A stretch of 64,000 nt of DNA, from the NCBI RefSeq assembly GCF_006345805.1, contig NC_042999.1, forward strand, positions 89,218,001 through 89,282,000, read 5' to 3'. Made by a program: the position numbers and the translations under genes. Below are positions 26,610 to 39,427 of the stretch, in pieces. The stretch's first letter is position 1, and each line of letters begins with the position of its first letter. The notes beneath the pieces were generated by a model. It saw only the letters and a list, made by a program, of their open reading frames with translations, did not search any database and was not told the origin of the DNA. This DNA is from Octopus sinensis. Its lineage: Eukaryota.

Positions 26610-27135
26610 TGTGTAGTAAGTAGCTTTCTTACCAACCACAAGCTTACGGGTTCAGCCTTGTGAGTGGATTTGGTAGACGGAAACTGAAAGAAGCCTGTTG
26701 TATCTACCGATGATCTACGGACAATTACGTAAGTTACGTAAGTAAGATTGCGTAATTTGTTGATAGTGATGTTTTGCTAAATTTTTCTTGAGAACATTTC
26801 TTGGTGGTGAGACCGTAGCGGATCTATTTCTAGCATATGGGTGTCCATATGGTGGTTTCCCTCTAATATATATGTATATATATATGTGTGTGTGTATGTG
26901 TGTGTGTGTGTGTGCATGTGTGTGTGTGTGTCTGTGTTTATGTGTCTGTGTTTGACCCCCCAACATCGCTCGACAACCGATGCTGGTGCGTTTAGGTCCC
27001 TGTAACTTAGCGGTTCGGCAAAAGACACCGATGGAATAAGTACTAGGCTTACAAAGAATAAGTCCTGAGGTCGATTTGCTCGACTAAAGGTGGTGCTCCA
27101 GCATGGTCGCAGTCAAATGACTGAAACAAGCAAAA
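26610..27135 (+). mobile_element. SINE family B interrupted by a TA-associated element (26703-26866)
   Basis: Internally deleted head, then foreign ~165 bp at the position of the internal TA tract, then an intact tail. Confidence 0.7.
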
Positions 27136-27163
27136 GACTATATATATATATATACATATATAG

Positions 27164-27230
<67 letters not shown>

Positions 27231-27329
27231 GAGAGAGACAGAGAGAGACAGAGAGAGAGACAGAGAGACAGAGAGAGACAGAGAGAGAGACAGAGAGACA
27301 GAGAGAGACAGAGAGACAGAAGAGATAAG

Positions 27330-27501
27330 GAATGGAGTAGATAAGATCCGTGCTTCATATGTTTCATAGTAAGCTGAAACTCAGAAGTGGTAAATTGGCC
27401 TGATGAGTAGCCTACGGTATACACCTCGCTTAGATAGTTACCACTTCTGAGGTTCTGCTCGCTATGAAACATATGTAGCCCGATTCTTATCTACCCCATT
27501 C
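27330..27501. mobile_element. MITE-like hairpin, 64-bp arms and 44-bp spacer
   Basis: Arms 27330-27393 and 27438-27501 are reverse complements, with blocks such as CTCAGAAGTGGTAA/TTACCACTTCTGAG and CATATGTTTCATAG/CTATGAAACATATG. Confidence 0.8.
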
Positions 27502-27989
27502 TTTAACTTTTGTATTCTTATTCGCACACCCAGCAACCCTGGTCACCTACTGTGAAATATAAAAAAAACTTGTAGTTTATCGATACAAAACAAAAAACTT
27601 GCAACCTTCTGTCTCAATGAACCACTATTGTACCAGAAGGTTGGTTTTTTTTTAATATTTACTAAGGATTGCTTGAAGCTAACTTTTTTCTACACCCCGG
27701 TCTTATATATATATATATATATTTATATCAAAAGGATGTGTTATAATACTATTTCACAGCCATACCAACAATTTAACATACATCCATCATCAGCTGCTCC
27801 ATGGATATCATTATGGTTTCGATACCTGGGTAGCACCCTTCAATCTGGCGGTGTCAACAGCACTAAAATAGGTGTTGTTTGGGAACAAGGAAACAAACCA
27901 TAGAAACCACAATTTTCAAACACATTTACCCCATAGAAACGGAAAATGGAATTAGCAAGAATGTCTGTTCACCACAACGATCGTTTTGG

Positions 27990-28228
27990 CCCATCTAGAA
28001 TCTGTCCATTACTGGTACAGCTAGTTGTATTAGATCCATCAGTGCAGGCTGCACCTCCTCAGGTGTCACATTTTAAATATGCTCTGTTTCGCTTGGCAAA
28101 TGAAACTGAGCATATGTAGCGAGGTATCTTATTTAGAACGAATACTCAACGAGATGCAGCTTGCACTGGTGGATGCAATACAACTAGCTGTGCATTACTC
28201 CACCCGTAAAGGACAGATGCAGGATGGG
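27990..28228. mobile_element. MITE-like inverted repeat
   Basis: 28015-28057 and 28151-28193 pair at 37/43 positions; outer CATCTAGAATCTGTCC/GGACAGATGCAGGATG also pair. Confidence 0.75.
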
Positions 28229-28674
28229 TGGAAACGATACTTGTGTTGAATAAAAATTCATGCCAACTCAATTTTCCGTTTCTTTTTCTTTCATTCATTA
28301 TAATCTCAATGAACACTGCAGGATTCCTGAGGTAGGACCAGTGACATTATAGCATAACTGGATGACACCGGGTTGCTTAAACGGTGAAAAAACTTCTTAA
28401 GATTTTGCACGTCTTCAGAGACTGACAGAATGGAAAGTGGAAGGTTTCTGCAAATCATGGACATGGAACAGAGTGGATTCTGCTAAAGGCATCTAAGTGG
28501 CCAAGTGTTAAACTGAGTATTAAGCCGAACAGTGGATTAAGTCTATCGTGCAAGTGTTCTCTCCTCTACAAGTTCCACCCCAACATTTAACTTTATAATT
28601 TTTTTGAGAAGTTTAACTTAAATATAAAGGCTAAATCTAATCTTAAGTTATCAAATCATTTTGATTTTTCATTA

Positions 28675-28972
28675 CTCGTTAAGGTTATCTATACAGATAA
28701 TTTATACAAATTATAGCCAGCACTGATTTTTGTTATGACGTTTCGTATTCGAGTCGTCAGATGTAAACAAACAATGAGATCGAAGATGAAAACAGGACAA
28801 TGGGTCTATATTCCATATTTCGGGAGTTTTTTGCTCCCTCATTAGCATCCGCTGATGGGTTAGGTGGGTGCTGGTGTTTGTTTACATCTGACATCTCGGA
28901 TACCAAACAACGTAACAAAAATCAGTGCTGGCTATAACTTCTATAGGTTACCTGTAGAGATAACCTTAACGA
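28675..28972. mobile_element. MITE with ~100-bp TIRs
   Basis: CGTTAAGGTTATCT...TTATAGCCAGCACTGATTTTTGTTA...GTCAGATGTAAACAAACA mirrored at the right end; TA at the left flank. Confidence 0.85.
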
Positions 28973-29048
28973 ATGATTTAATGCTCACTGCTAACACATT
29001 AGAACACAGTATTAACTTATAAAAACGTTTAATATACTTTATAGTATA

Positions 29049-29561
29049 CTAGCAGTATCGCCCGGCGTTGCTCGGGTTTGTAAGGGAAATAACTATATAA
29101 GCATTTTTAGAGAGTTACTTCCCTTATAGATGCCAATTCGGGCTTTCTTAGCCATTTCTGTTTTGGTGTCTTCAAGCCATGAAGTCGTTGTTCTAAAAGA
29201 ACGCTGGTCTCCTTGACAACGCTTTACGACGTTGATTTCCTTACACTCCCTTCCCCACAGCTTCACGAGGGAGGGAAGAAGGGGGAAAAGCAAACAAGTG
29301 CAGGTGTGACCGTGGACGCCAACTCCGCCGCCATCGACACACGAAAAATTATGCATTAAAATGGAATAAAAAATGATGTTAAATTATTTTTAAAATCGTA
29401 GACTCATCGTAGACGCGCGCTAATACTCAGACGGGCTCGATATGAATCACGACTATAAGATACCCGAATTTGGTTAAACTGCACCGCAAAATGTGGGAGT
29501 AGTTAGGAATCTAAATCGAAGGGGACAGACACTCACACAAGTACAGTTTTATATATATAGA
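29049..29561 (-). mobile_element. Non-autonomous Helitron, 513 bp
   Basis: On the - strand: A|TC start, subterminal hairpin CCCGAGCAACGCCGGG, CTAG|T end, no TSD. Confidence 0.85.
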
Positions 29562-30799
29562 TTATAGTTGCATAACGAAATACCGTGTTCCTATACATCA
29601 TTGATATTTGATTTTCCATTCAGCTTAAAGAATGCACAGTTCACACTTCTCGGAAAATTAAACGAATCGCTGTATAACATGAGTAGATTTTCTGACCATC
29701 CAGAAAATATTTTTTTTTAAATTGTATCTTTACATAATTCAAGCCTCTCACCTAACAAAGCTATTTTCAAAGGCGCTTCAATGCTTTAAAACTATTTGGT
29801 TTCACTGGCAAAATTAAATGTATAAGAAATAATAAAACACCCAGTATCACGAAAAATATAACTAGAAATAGGAACATAATCTGGTATAATTTCTTTTTAA
29901 CCCTGTCCTGTCCCCAGTAGTAAAAATTTTCTTTAATTTGTTATAAAACATTCCTCTACAAGCATAAATATAATAATCTTGTCAATAAAATCTGCAAAAA
30001 ATATTTTTTAGTTAACCACACCTAATTTCGGATAAATGGATCTAATATGAACATTAAAAAATAATATTTCACTGTTTTTAACTATGCAAAAAACTAGAGC
30101 GAATGCCCACTTGAGCTTCGATATATTTTTAAATGCATTATTTACCGGGTGCCTCTGTGAATGCGAATTATTTTTCAATAATATATACTGATTTGGCGTC
30201 AAACTCTTTCAGAACTCATCACCTTTATTCATCCGAAACTATATTTGAACCAAGAATATAATTTAATCGACTTCCAGGAATTTCAGAAATTATATTAACT
30301 TTGTCGTCAGGTGGGTATTAATTTAAATACGTAAATCATATAACCATTCTAAAATTCCTTGTAGCTAGAGCACATCAGAATCTTCTTTTATAAACCATTC
30401 TCTTGGCTGTCACACAAACGAAAGCTTAAAAACAGTTTATGATAATTCATTGATTCAATGCACACTTAATCATGAAAGCCAAGAAAATATTTTTAAAGAA
30501 CAGGATTCCTTCGATAAACCTTAATTCTATAAAAATAGCTTTTATATCTCTTTAATATTCTTTGGAACATCGATCGACTCATAAGTTTTCCCTCTTCACG
30601 ATGTTTTCTCTAACTTTTGCTTAAAACGCTAAATATTTTTTATATATGTAAAAAAACTTTCAAAATTTGTTTCAGCTCTATTTCTGAAGAATTCGAAAGA
30701 AAAACTACAGTAGGAAAAAGTATCCCTTTTACTTGTTCAACTTTCAGTAATTCAGTAATTTGTAACTCTTCTCACTTTTACAAGTTACTTCGTAGGTAA

Positions 30800-30880
30800 G
30801 GGCCTGGTTATTGGAAACTGAATGCATCGCTCTCGGTACATCAAGCTTACAGGGACCAAATGTCTGCGCACCATTAACCA
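30800..30880 (+). pseudogene. L1/Tx1 LINE fragment (EN-RT linker)
   Basis: GPGYWKLNASL..QAYRDQ matches the G.GYWKLN.SLL motif. Confidence 0.6.
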
Positions 30881-31089
30881 AGGCATAGCGATTCCTCCAC
30901 GCAGCGGATGTTGACACCAAATGGATCGTCCAACCAGCTATCATATCCAAACTCTAGTAAACTGCTGTCACTGAGCAGGTGACCCTGCTTCTAAACTGAT
31001 ACCAGACCACGTGAATATATACACTCCCACTCTCAGAACTGCCGTGTCGGTAGAAAGAGGAGGAAAAGAAAAGGAACAGGGCAACTTAC

Positions 31090-32351
31090 GCATTTGATGA
31101 CTCAATCACCATGGAATTTGGAGTCTCTTTTGGAAAATTCTTTGGACGCCTACAGCTGGTCCTTCAATATTTTTATGTTTCCATGTCCAACATTAATTTA
31201 AAATGCTTTGTGTACTTGGAAAGTGCTAGTCTTGAAGACCTCTCCCTATTTTTTTAATTTTTTCCTTTTGTGCAATGAAGGACATCAGTACGAAGTTTGG
31301 GTGCATGATTGTATTTCTGATGCTATTCTTGTGTGTTTTCCTTTTTTGTTGAGATGAGTGTTCGTGATGGTTGGTGGTGGTGGTGGAGTTGTTGTAGGTG
31401 TGGTGTCGGTGATGTCGGGATTGTGTGGTTCGTTCAGAGAGAGTGAGCGTGTAATATTAAAAAAAAATTTATTATCTTTCTTTTGATTTACCTGTGTGTC
31501 CCTCTCCTTAACAGATGACATCTTCACATCGAAATGATCCGATGCGGGATGTGTTGAAAGTATATTTTCGAGTGTGTGTCCATAAATATGTTTCAAAAGA
31601 GAGAGAAGAGGAGAGTAAGGCAGGAGTTTAGATATTTTCCAGCATAGTGAGTTCTTGTTCTTTGTTGTGGGCGTCATTGATGGTCATGCTGTTTTTAATA
31701 TTGTTGCTACTGCTGTTGTTGCTGTTGCTGCTCTGGATCTTTCTCCTTTCGCTACTGCTATTGCTGGTGGTGCCGCAGTATGCTGTTGTTGTTGGGATTG
31801 TTGTGTCAGCAGTTGCGGAAGCCTCTTTTCTCCTGATTTTGGTTGAAGACGAAAAGCTGGTTTCATTCTGAGGAGGGTGTCACTGCCCTCTAAAGCAAGA
31901 CAGGCTACAAACGATTAGATGTCCAATTCAAGTGGAACTCCTTCTGTCTTATGGAAGTTATGGAGTACTTCAGCGCGAGAGTAACGCTTGTGAAGAGGAT
32001 TTCCACACTCCCGAACTGCCTTGCTCTGGTCACATGGTCTATATTTTTTCGTATCCCTTTCAAGCATTCTTCTTTGTCGTTTAGAGAGAGAGAGTTAAGT
32101 ACAATTTTGATTTTTCAACTACCCCAGTAAAAAGTTATCTACCCGTGGAGTGCCTTTATCACTTACCTTGCCGTCGCCGTTATATATGTTTTTGCTGCTA
32201 CCACTGTTGTTGCTATTGCTACCATTAGTGTTAATACTGTTGTTTTTGCTGGTGTCATTGTTGCTTTTGTTGTTAAACATGATGTCATAATTGTTGTTGT
32301 TGTTATCATGTGTGTGCTTTTTCATGAAGCTGGTAGTAGTTGAGAATTTCC
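31090..32351 (-). pseudogene. Possible decayed or spliced coding region, N/S/T-rich, unidentified
   Basis: One frame (32355 to 31285, 357 codons) has only four internal stops; codon-phased AAC/AGC/ACC runs; GTAAGT donors at 32166 and 31089. Confidence 0.35.
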
Positions 32352-32424
32352 CTAATTAATCTGTTAGTGGGCTTGAACGATACTATAACTACAACAAGAA
32401 AAAAACTGAGAAAAGTAAATAAAT

Positions 32425-32958
32425 ATCACAATAATTGTGCCATATAGGGCATAATTTGGTGATCCACATACCGCAGAGAGTGGTGGAGTTGGATACCTGC
32501 AAAATCTTGTGGGTTTTCCCAATCCAAACAGATCAGGTGCCAGAGCATTATAAACAGGGTCTTGTAGTGATAGACAAGGTGCACCACATGTGCTATATAG
32601 TTGATATTGCGTGCCCCTTTGACCCACGAACAGTCAAGAAGAAAGGTCAAAAAATAAATATATACAATCCTCTTAGGTGCAAAATAGCCCGGTTATGGAA
32701 AATAAAGAAGGTGAAGATTGTACCAATTATTGTTGGGTCCTTGGGAATAGTATCAGAAGGCATCAAAAGAAATATACAGGAAATCGAAATAGAGTGCCCA
32801 GTAGTACTGTTATAAAAGGTCTGCTTCCTTGGCACGACCAGAATAATCAGGAAAGTATTAGATAGTTGAAAAAGAAGAAACAGCATGGTACTGTGGGCTG
32901 TATGTAGCAAACCCGCTCCGCATTTGAACTCTAGGGGTTCAAATAAAATCTGAGTGAG
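32425..32958 (+). mobile_element. 5'-truncated R4/Dong-clade non-LTR retrotransposon (RLE C-terminus plus 3' UTR)
   Basis: KILWVFPIQTDQV...IVDIACPFD...KKVKIVPIIVGSLG...LL*KVCFLGTTRIIRKVLDS* matches R4/Dong KILWDF.IQTD...PDIVV...D.A.P.D...P...GALG...LQK..LLGT.RI.RKVL; AATAAA just before the end. Confidence 0.85.
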
Positions 32959-32959
32959 T

Positions 32960-33070
32960 GAAGAAGAAGAAGAAGAAGAAGAAGAAGAAGAAGAAGAAGA
33001 AGAAGAAGAAGAAGAAGAAGAAGAAGAAGAAGAAGAAGAAGAAGAAGAAGAAGAAGAAGAAGAAGAAGAA
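32960..33070. repeat. Perfect (GAA)37 microsatellite
   Basis: 111 bp of uninterrupted GAA. Confidence 0.95.
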
Positions 33071-33232
33071 AAGAAGAAGAAGAGACTTTGGCAAGATTTG
33101 AACTCAGAACGTAAAAGGCTGCAATTTTTCTCGTTGTTCTACCGATTTCCTGTCACAATATTAATTAATTATGAAGGTCCTTTGGTACACTAAGAGAGAG
33201 AAAGAGGGAGAGCAGGAGAAAGGAAGAGAGAA

Positions 33233-33271
<39 letters not shown>

Positions 33272-33403
33272 TGCCTTATCAGCTTAACGTTTCAGAAGTC
33301 GAAATTTTGGATCGGGCATGTGGACGTCTTACGTTCCTGAAATAATGAAACATATCAACTATTATCATGTGGTTTGTCATGAAAAAGTGAAGCATTAAAA
33401 CTA

Positions 33404-33438
<35 letters not shown>

Positions 33439-33466
33439 CCTCACTTTTTCATGACAAACCACATAC

Positions 33467-33513
<47 letters not shown>

Positions 33514-34950
33514 ATATATATATATATTATATATATATATACCAAGTGTTGATATAATGAAACCTGGCTAGAAACCATGACGTTTGAAACCCGCTAAAGT
33601 CAGTTCTTCTAATTGTGTATTAACTGCTTAACACAGACAAGTAAATATTTTGTAAACACAAAGATAAAATCATGATTCAGATCATAAAAGCTTATAAACA
33701 TATGCCAATATTACCCGATGTACGCATTGATATTACAAGACGTCAAAGAGGCGCTGGTTGTGTTTGACAAGGGGAGATAATTGTCAGAGAATTAAGTGCA
33801 ATGACAACGTAGTTGTTATGTTTACATATGAACGATGTACTTAATGAACACACTACGCATTATTCTCTACATTATGTTATTCGCTACTGTGTGTGTTGTT
33901 TGCTATCAAGTCTTTGAACGCATACATTGCTGGTGTCTACTTACTCGTCAGATAACTACGAGTTTGATGACCCAAAGCTACTACCGACTTGGTGTCTCCA
34001 CTACTTTCAATAAATATTTACCGCACCGATTTTTAATTTCCAGGGCCTTTATGACAATAGCAAGTATTTAAAATTGGAAGAGGCGATAAGTGCTGGACAA
34101 GCTTCAGTTTAGAGTATTTTTTTAAAGGATTGGATTATATATTAAACTGTTTGAACTGCCCTTTGTAAATATTCTTTTTATGTATATGACATGTGTTTTA
34201 GAGAAAGAGCTAAGTTCACTGTATTTCGTCTGCACTGCACAAGTTCCATTCCTAGTTGAAGGCATTTCACTTGATTTACGGCGCCATTGCATTCAGTAAA
34301 GGTATAACTGTGTTGCATTGATTTTAACTCCCCAACAAATATAGGGTAAAGTAAAAAAGAGAAAACTGAATGACACTTTGTCCATCATTTATGATGAGCT
34401 CTATAGAAAGCTATATAACACCTGGAAGGTTGAGTTTGCAGAATGAAGTTCGATTCACTTCTGGTGTGTCAATGCAATTGGAAATGCATAACTATCATAA
34501 CGTTCCCTTCCTTGAAATGAAGTTCCTTTGTTCCAAATCAAACCCAATTAATAATGTCTACTAAAGAATATATAATAAACATTCTTGGCCAGTTAAAAAT
34601 CTATTTCATCAACAGATGTCTGTTCATTGCGAACACTTATGGCACATCTACTTAGGAAATATCAAGGGTATGAGGTAGAAAAAAACACAAACCTGACCTT
34701 CAACTATTAACCTATCGCCTAGTATCCACCAGTGTGATACAGTCCCTCTTAATCCTTCATGAAGTTCCTATTAACCATCCTACATTTTCTAGTTAAACAC
34801 AGGTTTTCTAATTTATAGAGGATATGCGCGTGATTGCATAACGTTCATGCATTATAGCTGCTTGTTTTGCTCTACCTTATATATTTCAGTGTATCTCTCT
34901 TCACTAAACATGCAAGGCCACTGAGCTCATTTGATAGAATGTCCTTCTCG

Positions 34951-35033
<83 letters not shown>

Positions 35034-35282
35034 CACTCTTTTTCTCTTTATATCTATCTAGCTAACTATCTTTAAACTTTTATCTCTCTTAACACTTCCT
35101 TTCCTAGATCACATCACTTTAGCTGTCTATCGCTCAAAGTTTAAGTCTTTTTATCGCTTTCACTTTCAACCTTTCTTGTTCAATTTCTCACGCTCCAATT
35201 ACTCTCAATATTTCAGTTTCTTACTTTCAATTTCTCTCTTATTTTCTCTCTCTTTCTCTGTCTGTATCTCTCTCTTTCTCTT

Positions 35283-35315
<33 letters not shown>

Positions 35316-35739
35316 ACTCTCTCTCTCTCTCTCTCTTTCTCACTCAAACACCACTCTCTCTCACTCAAATACAATACTCGTGTAAAAACCGACCCTAGTC
35401 TTACAGAATCGAGAGACTAACCCATACATAAATATTACGACCTGGAAATGAATTTTTTTCAGTTTAACCCATATCACTATGTTTTGTTATACAATTCACA
35501 CAAATATTTGGCTACAGATTTCTTAAAATTCATTATTAAATGACTAGTGTCTTGTTAAAATGTCTTTTTGGAGTTCAACTAATCTCAGTCCCCGTTTAGT
35601 GCTTATGGAATACATTTGTATTGCTTAGGTTTTAAAATTTTGCCGTAATTTTATGTAAAAATTTCTCAAGGGAAGCAACAAATACACAACAGCTTTAACG
35701 TTAAAAGTTACTGAAGTTGCTGAGAAGACGAATAGCTGT

Positions 35740-37200
35740 GTTCCACGCATCAAAAGAATTTCGTTTCGGAGAAGCTAGCGTGAGACTGGAGACAGATATG
35801 AAACGAACTTCAGACAATGCTTAAAGGAAAATGTTGTAAACTGAAGCCTACAACCGAAGAAAAATTTTGCAGAGTGGCTACTTAAAAATTCTCAAAATGG
35901 GAATTGTGTTACTCATGCTTCCGTCCAAATCCAATTACGAAAAGAAGCAAAGAAGGATGGAATTTTGGTTTTTGAAGCAAATGCTGGATAGTACACTAGG
36001 TCCATGAAATAGTATGACTTAGTACTTCGGCAGAGAACTAAGAGTGCACAGAAGCTGTTGGCTGACCACGAATATAAAATATTACAATTTTATTAGTGTG
36101 TAACCAGAAATCACCAGACGTTATCAAGTATTGAGCACATAAACGAAATGTTATTACTCTTGATATGTAGAGATTTTAACTGTGAAGCAAAGAGATTTAA
36201 AAAGAAAAACACGTAATGATGAGAACTACTAGCTATAAAAATGTAGGATTACATTAGTGCTTTTTTGTATGATTGGTAGAATACTAAGTTAAAAACTGAT
36301 CGAAGTTTATAAGAGAAACACATCGCCAAGGAAAAAAATTCAAATGGAATTGTTATTCATGTGCATCCACAAAACTGAATAAATCAGAATAAATATAGTA
36401 AATGAATAAAGGGCGGAGGCGCAATGGCCCAGTGGTTAGGGCAGCGGACTCGCGGTCGGAGGATCGCGGTTTCGATTCCCAGACCGGGTGCTGTGTGTGT
36501 TTATTGTGCGAAAACACATTAAGCTCCACGAGGCAGGGAGTGGTGGCGCCCCTGTTGTACTCTTTCGCCCCAACTTTCTCTCATTCTTTCTTCCTGTTTC
36601 TTGGGTAACGCTGCGATGGACTGGCGTCCCGTCCAGCTGGGGGGGGGGACACATACGTCACAGAAACCGGGAAACTGGGCCCATGAGCCTGGCTAGGTTT
36701 GAAAAGGGCGCATAAAAAAAAATGAATAAAGAAAGTTTAGAACGTACGACCTGGTAAATTACGAAAAACAATACTATCTATCTGGGACCAACTTAGGGCA
36801 AATTTATTAAAGTATGTTGTTTATAACTTCAGATCATAAAATGCTGACAGTTGTAATTTCTAGCGGAGTTAAAAGGAATTTGTAACTTTTAGATGTAAGT
36901 GTCAATAAGTAATTTGATAAGAATGGCGAGAAGACATTATGAGAATCAAGCGGAATAGCATAATGGAGAAAAGTCATACTCGACAGGAGGCAGTATATAG
37001 GCTTCACCACCGTCTCTGGTAAGGGATCATTGATTCATGGAAGGAAATAAAAGCTAACATTATTGTCAAGTCATTCAAGAAAAGTGGAGTTTTTAATGCA
37101 TTGGACGATACAGAAGACTATTGTCTATGGGAGGGTGTGGGTGAGTTATGAAGTGGATGATGTGCTATCTCTACCTATGGATAGCGAAATGGAAGATGAT
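35740..37200 (+). pseudogene. pogo/Tigger-like (DDE_1) transposase relic, interrupted by a SINE
   Basis: VLRQRTKSAQKL (CENP-B HTH region), LDVSVNK and WKEIKANIIVKSFKKSGVFNALDDTEDYCLW match pogo-type LRRRT..AQKLP, PLDVSVNKPFK and IVKSFKKCGISNALDG.EDD.LW. Confidence 0.8.
36412..36719 (+). mobile_element. Complete tRNA-derived SINE with target-site duplication
   Basis: A box TGGCCCAGTGG, B box GGTTTCGATTCC, A tail, 12-bp TSD AAATGAATAAAG at 36400-36411 and 36720-36731. Confidence 0.9.
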
Positions 37201-38307
37201 CTTTACCATTATATCATTCATTCTAGTAATTATAAAATGTTACTTAGTGCTGAAGATGACAAAGATCGATTTAGTAGGAATATCTGTGCTTGAAATGTTT
37301 AAATTGAATCATATAATTGTAAAATAATGTTATATTAATTTTTGATTTCACTTTTTGTATGCATAAATAGAAGTTTCCTAACATATTTTTGCTTCTATCT
37401 ATTTTTATGCTTGTTTTATATTTTATGACTTTAAGCTGCATTGTTTTCATTAAAAGTAGAAATACAACGAAGAAAACGGTGGTCTGTAATCCAGCTATGA
37501 AAATGAAGAATATGTTTTCTGTGGCGATTGTTTGCATGGAAAGTTGTGCTGTGTTTTTACATCTTTTATCAATACTAGTTTATAAAGCCTTAAGCTGCGT
37601 TGAATTAAAAAAAGGAAAAATAAAGAAGTACTGATACACAATACATGTGATGAGTGAGATTTAACCATGAATATGAAAATAAATGTGGATAGAGAGCTGT
37701 GATGCAAAACATTCTCAACTGGGGATGTTAACTTCTGAACTGTTAGCAAGAGTGTGCATATTATTACAGCAAGTTAATGGTAATATACAATGATTTTGAG
37801 ATGTAAATTGACTTCACCGAGCTAGTCTGTTGAGTGTGGATATTTATAGGAGCTGCGCTGCCTTATTGTTTATATTTGATAGGAAGTGTACCTTCATGTG
37901 TAATACTGGTATTATTACTGTAATTTGTTGGGGTTTTTTTATTATTAATTTAAAGATCACTTTTGCTTCAGCTGCTGATACAATACTTTGGATTCTAGTC
38001 TAACCCATGAATTTAACCTTAGCAAAATAGTCTAAAATGTTTCGACTTTACGTTAAACATCAGTGAAAAAACAGTGCAGTTCCAGTAATGTCCTTTGCTA
38101 GAACGATGTCATATGCATCGAATTACCGACATTCTCTTGTCATTCTTGCAGACAGCCATTCAGTGAACTACAGTGATGACCCATTGAAATTCTGCAACAA
38201 ATGACCCTATTGTCTACAAATTGTATAAAATAAGCCGAAGCAACAACGGTATTATTGAAGGTATCACAAATTTCGTTTCCCAAATGGCTTCAGAAAGTGA
38301 TATACAC

Positions 38308-38498
38308 TTTTACTCTTTTACTTGTTTCAGTTATTTGACTGCGGCCATGCTGAAGCACCGCCTTTAGTCGAGCAAATCGACCCCGGGACTAAGTACTTAT
38401 TCTATCGGTCTTTTTGGCCGAGCCGCTAAGTGACGGGGACGTAGACACACCAGCATCGGTTGTCAAGCAATGCTAGGAGGACAAACACAGACACAGAA

Positions 38499-38562
<64 letters not shown>

Positions 38563-38700
38563 GCATATATATGACGGGCTTCTTTCAGTTTCCGTCTACC
38601 AAATCCACTCACAAGGCTTTGGTCGGCCCGATGCCACTCAGTGGGACTGAACCCGGAGCCATGTGGTTGGTAAGCAAGCTACTTACCACACAGCCACTCC
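38308..38700 (-). mobile_element. SINE family B, head plus tail
   Basis: Reverse complement of the full family B architecture. Confidence 0.85.
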
Positions 38701-38799
<99 letters not shown>

Positions 38800-39049
38800 C
38801 TCTCTATATATATATTCATGATCTTGAAAAGTATGCTCAAAGCTTTAATATATATTTATTTTTCTGAAATTTACATTGTGTAATTTTACATTCTGAATAT
38901 TTTTCACTATACTTTTGTAAGTAAAATATTTTCAATATTACGTTTTAACTAATGTGTAGTTGGATGCGTACTTTCTGTCCGTCCACCAGTAAAATGTATC
39001 TGTTTAAAAGGGGTATAAATTACGTGTGTATAAAGCATGATCGAAGTAG

Positions 39050-39363
39050 CTTAGAGAGGAATAAAAAGTAGTATCACTAGCGTAAGAGTGGACGTTGTTG
39101 AATGTCACAGCCAGTAGATCATTGATGTATGAAGACAGTACGGAATAAAACCGAACTCAAGAACACGAGCGACGTGTAGAATCAATAAGTGGTAGTTTTG
39201 ATAGGAAGTGTGCATCTCAGGTACGGTCGAACGCGTTGTTGATGTCGAGGGTGTTTCCATTGCTTTCGCCAAATTTCTCTGCTATGAGGATACACTGGAG
39301 GTTGACATAAAACACTAGGTAGATACTTTTGACTGCACGGAATCCATACTGTCGGTCAATAAA

Positions 39364-39366
<3 letters not shown>
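39050..39366 (-). pseudogene. CR1-like RT relic
   Basis: DRQYGFR...EKFGES...LDINNAFDR and YINDLL...VHSYASDTT (YADD region). Confidence 0.8.

Positions 39367-39427
<61 letters not shown>

Noticed and set aside
28725-28765. CTGACGA...CGAAACGTC on the - strand within a MITE arm
   Set aside because: Stem II does not pair, and the opposite arm lacks the core, so this is probably coincidence.
36412-36490. tRNA gene candidate (A and B boxes)
   Set aside because: It is the head of a SINE with body, A tail and TSD; no complete cloverleaf.
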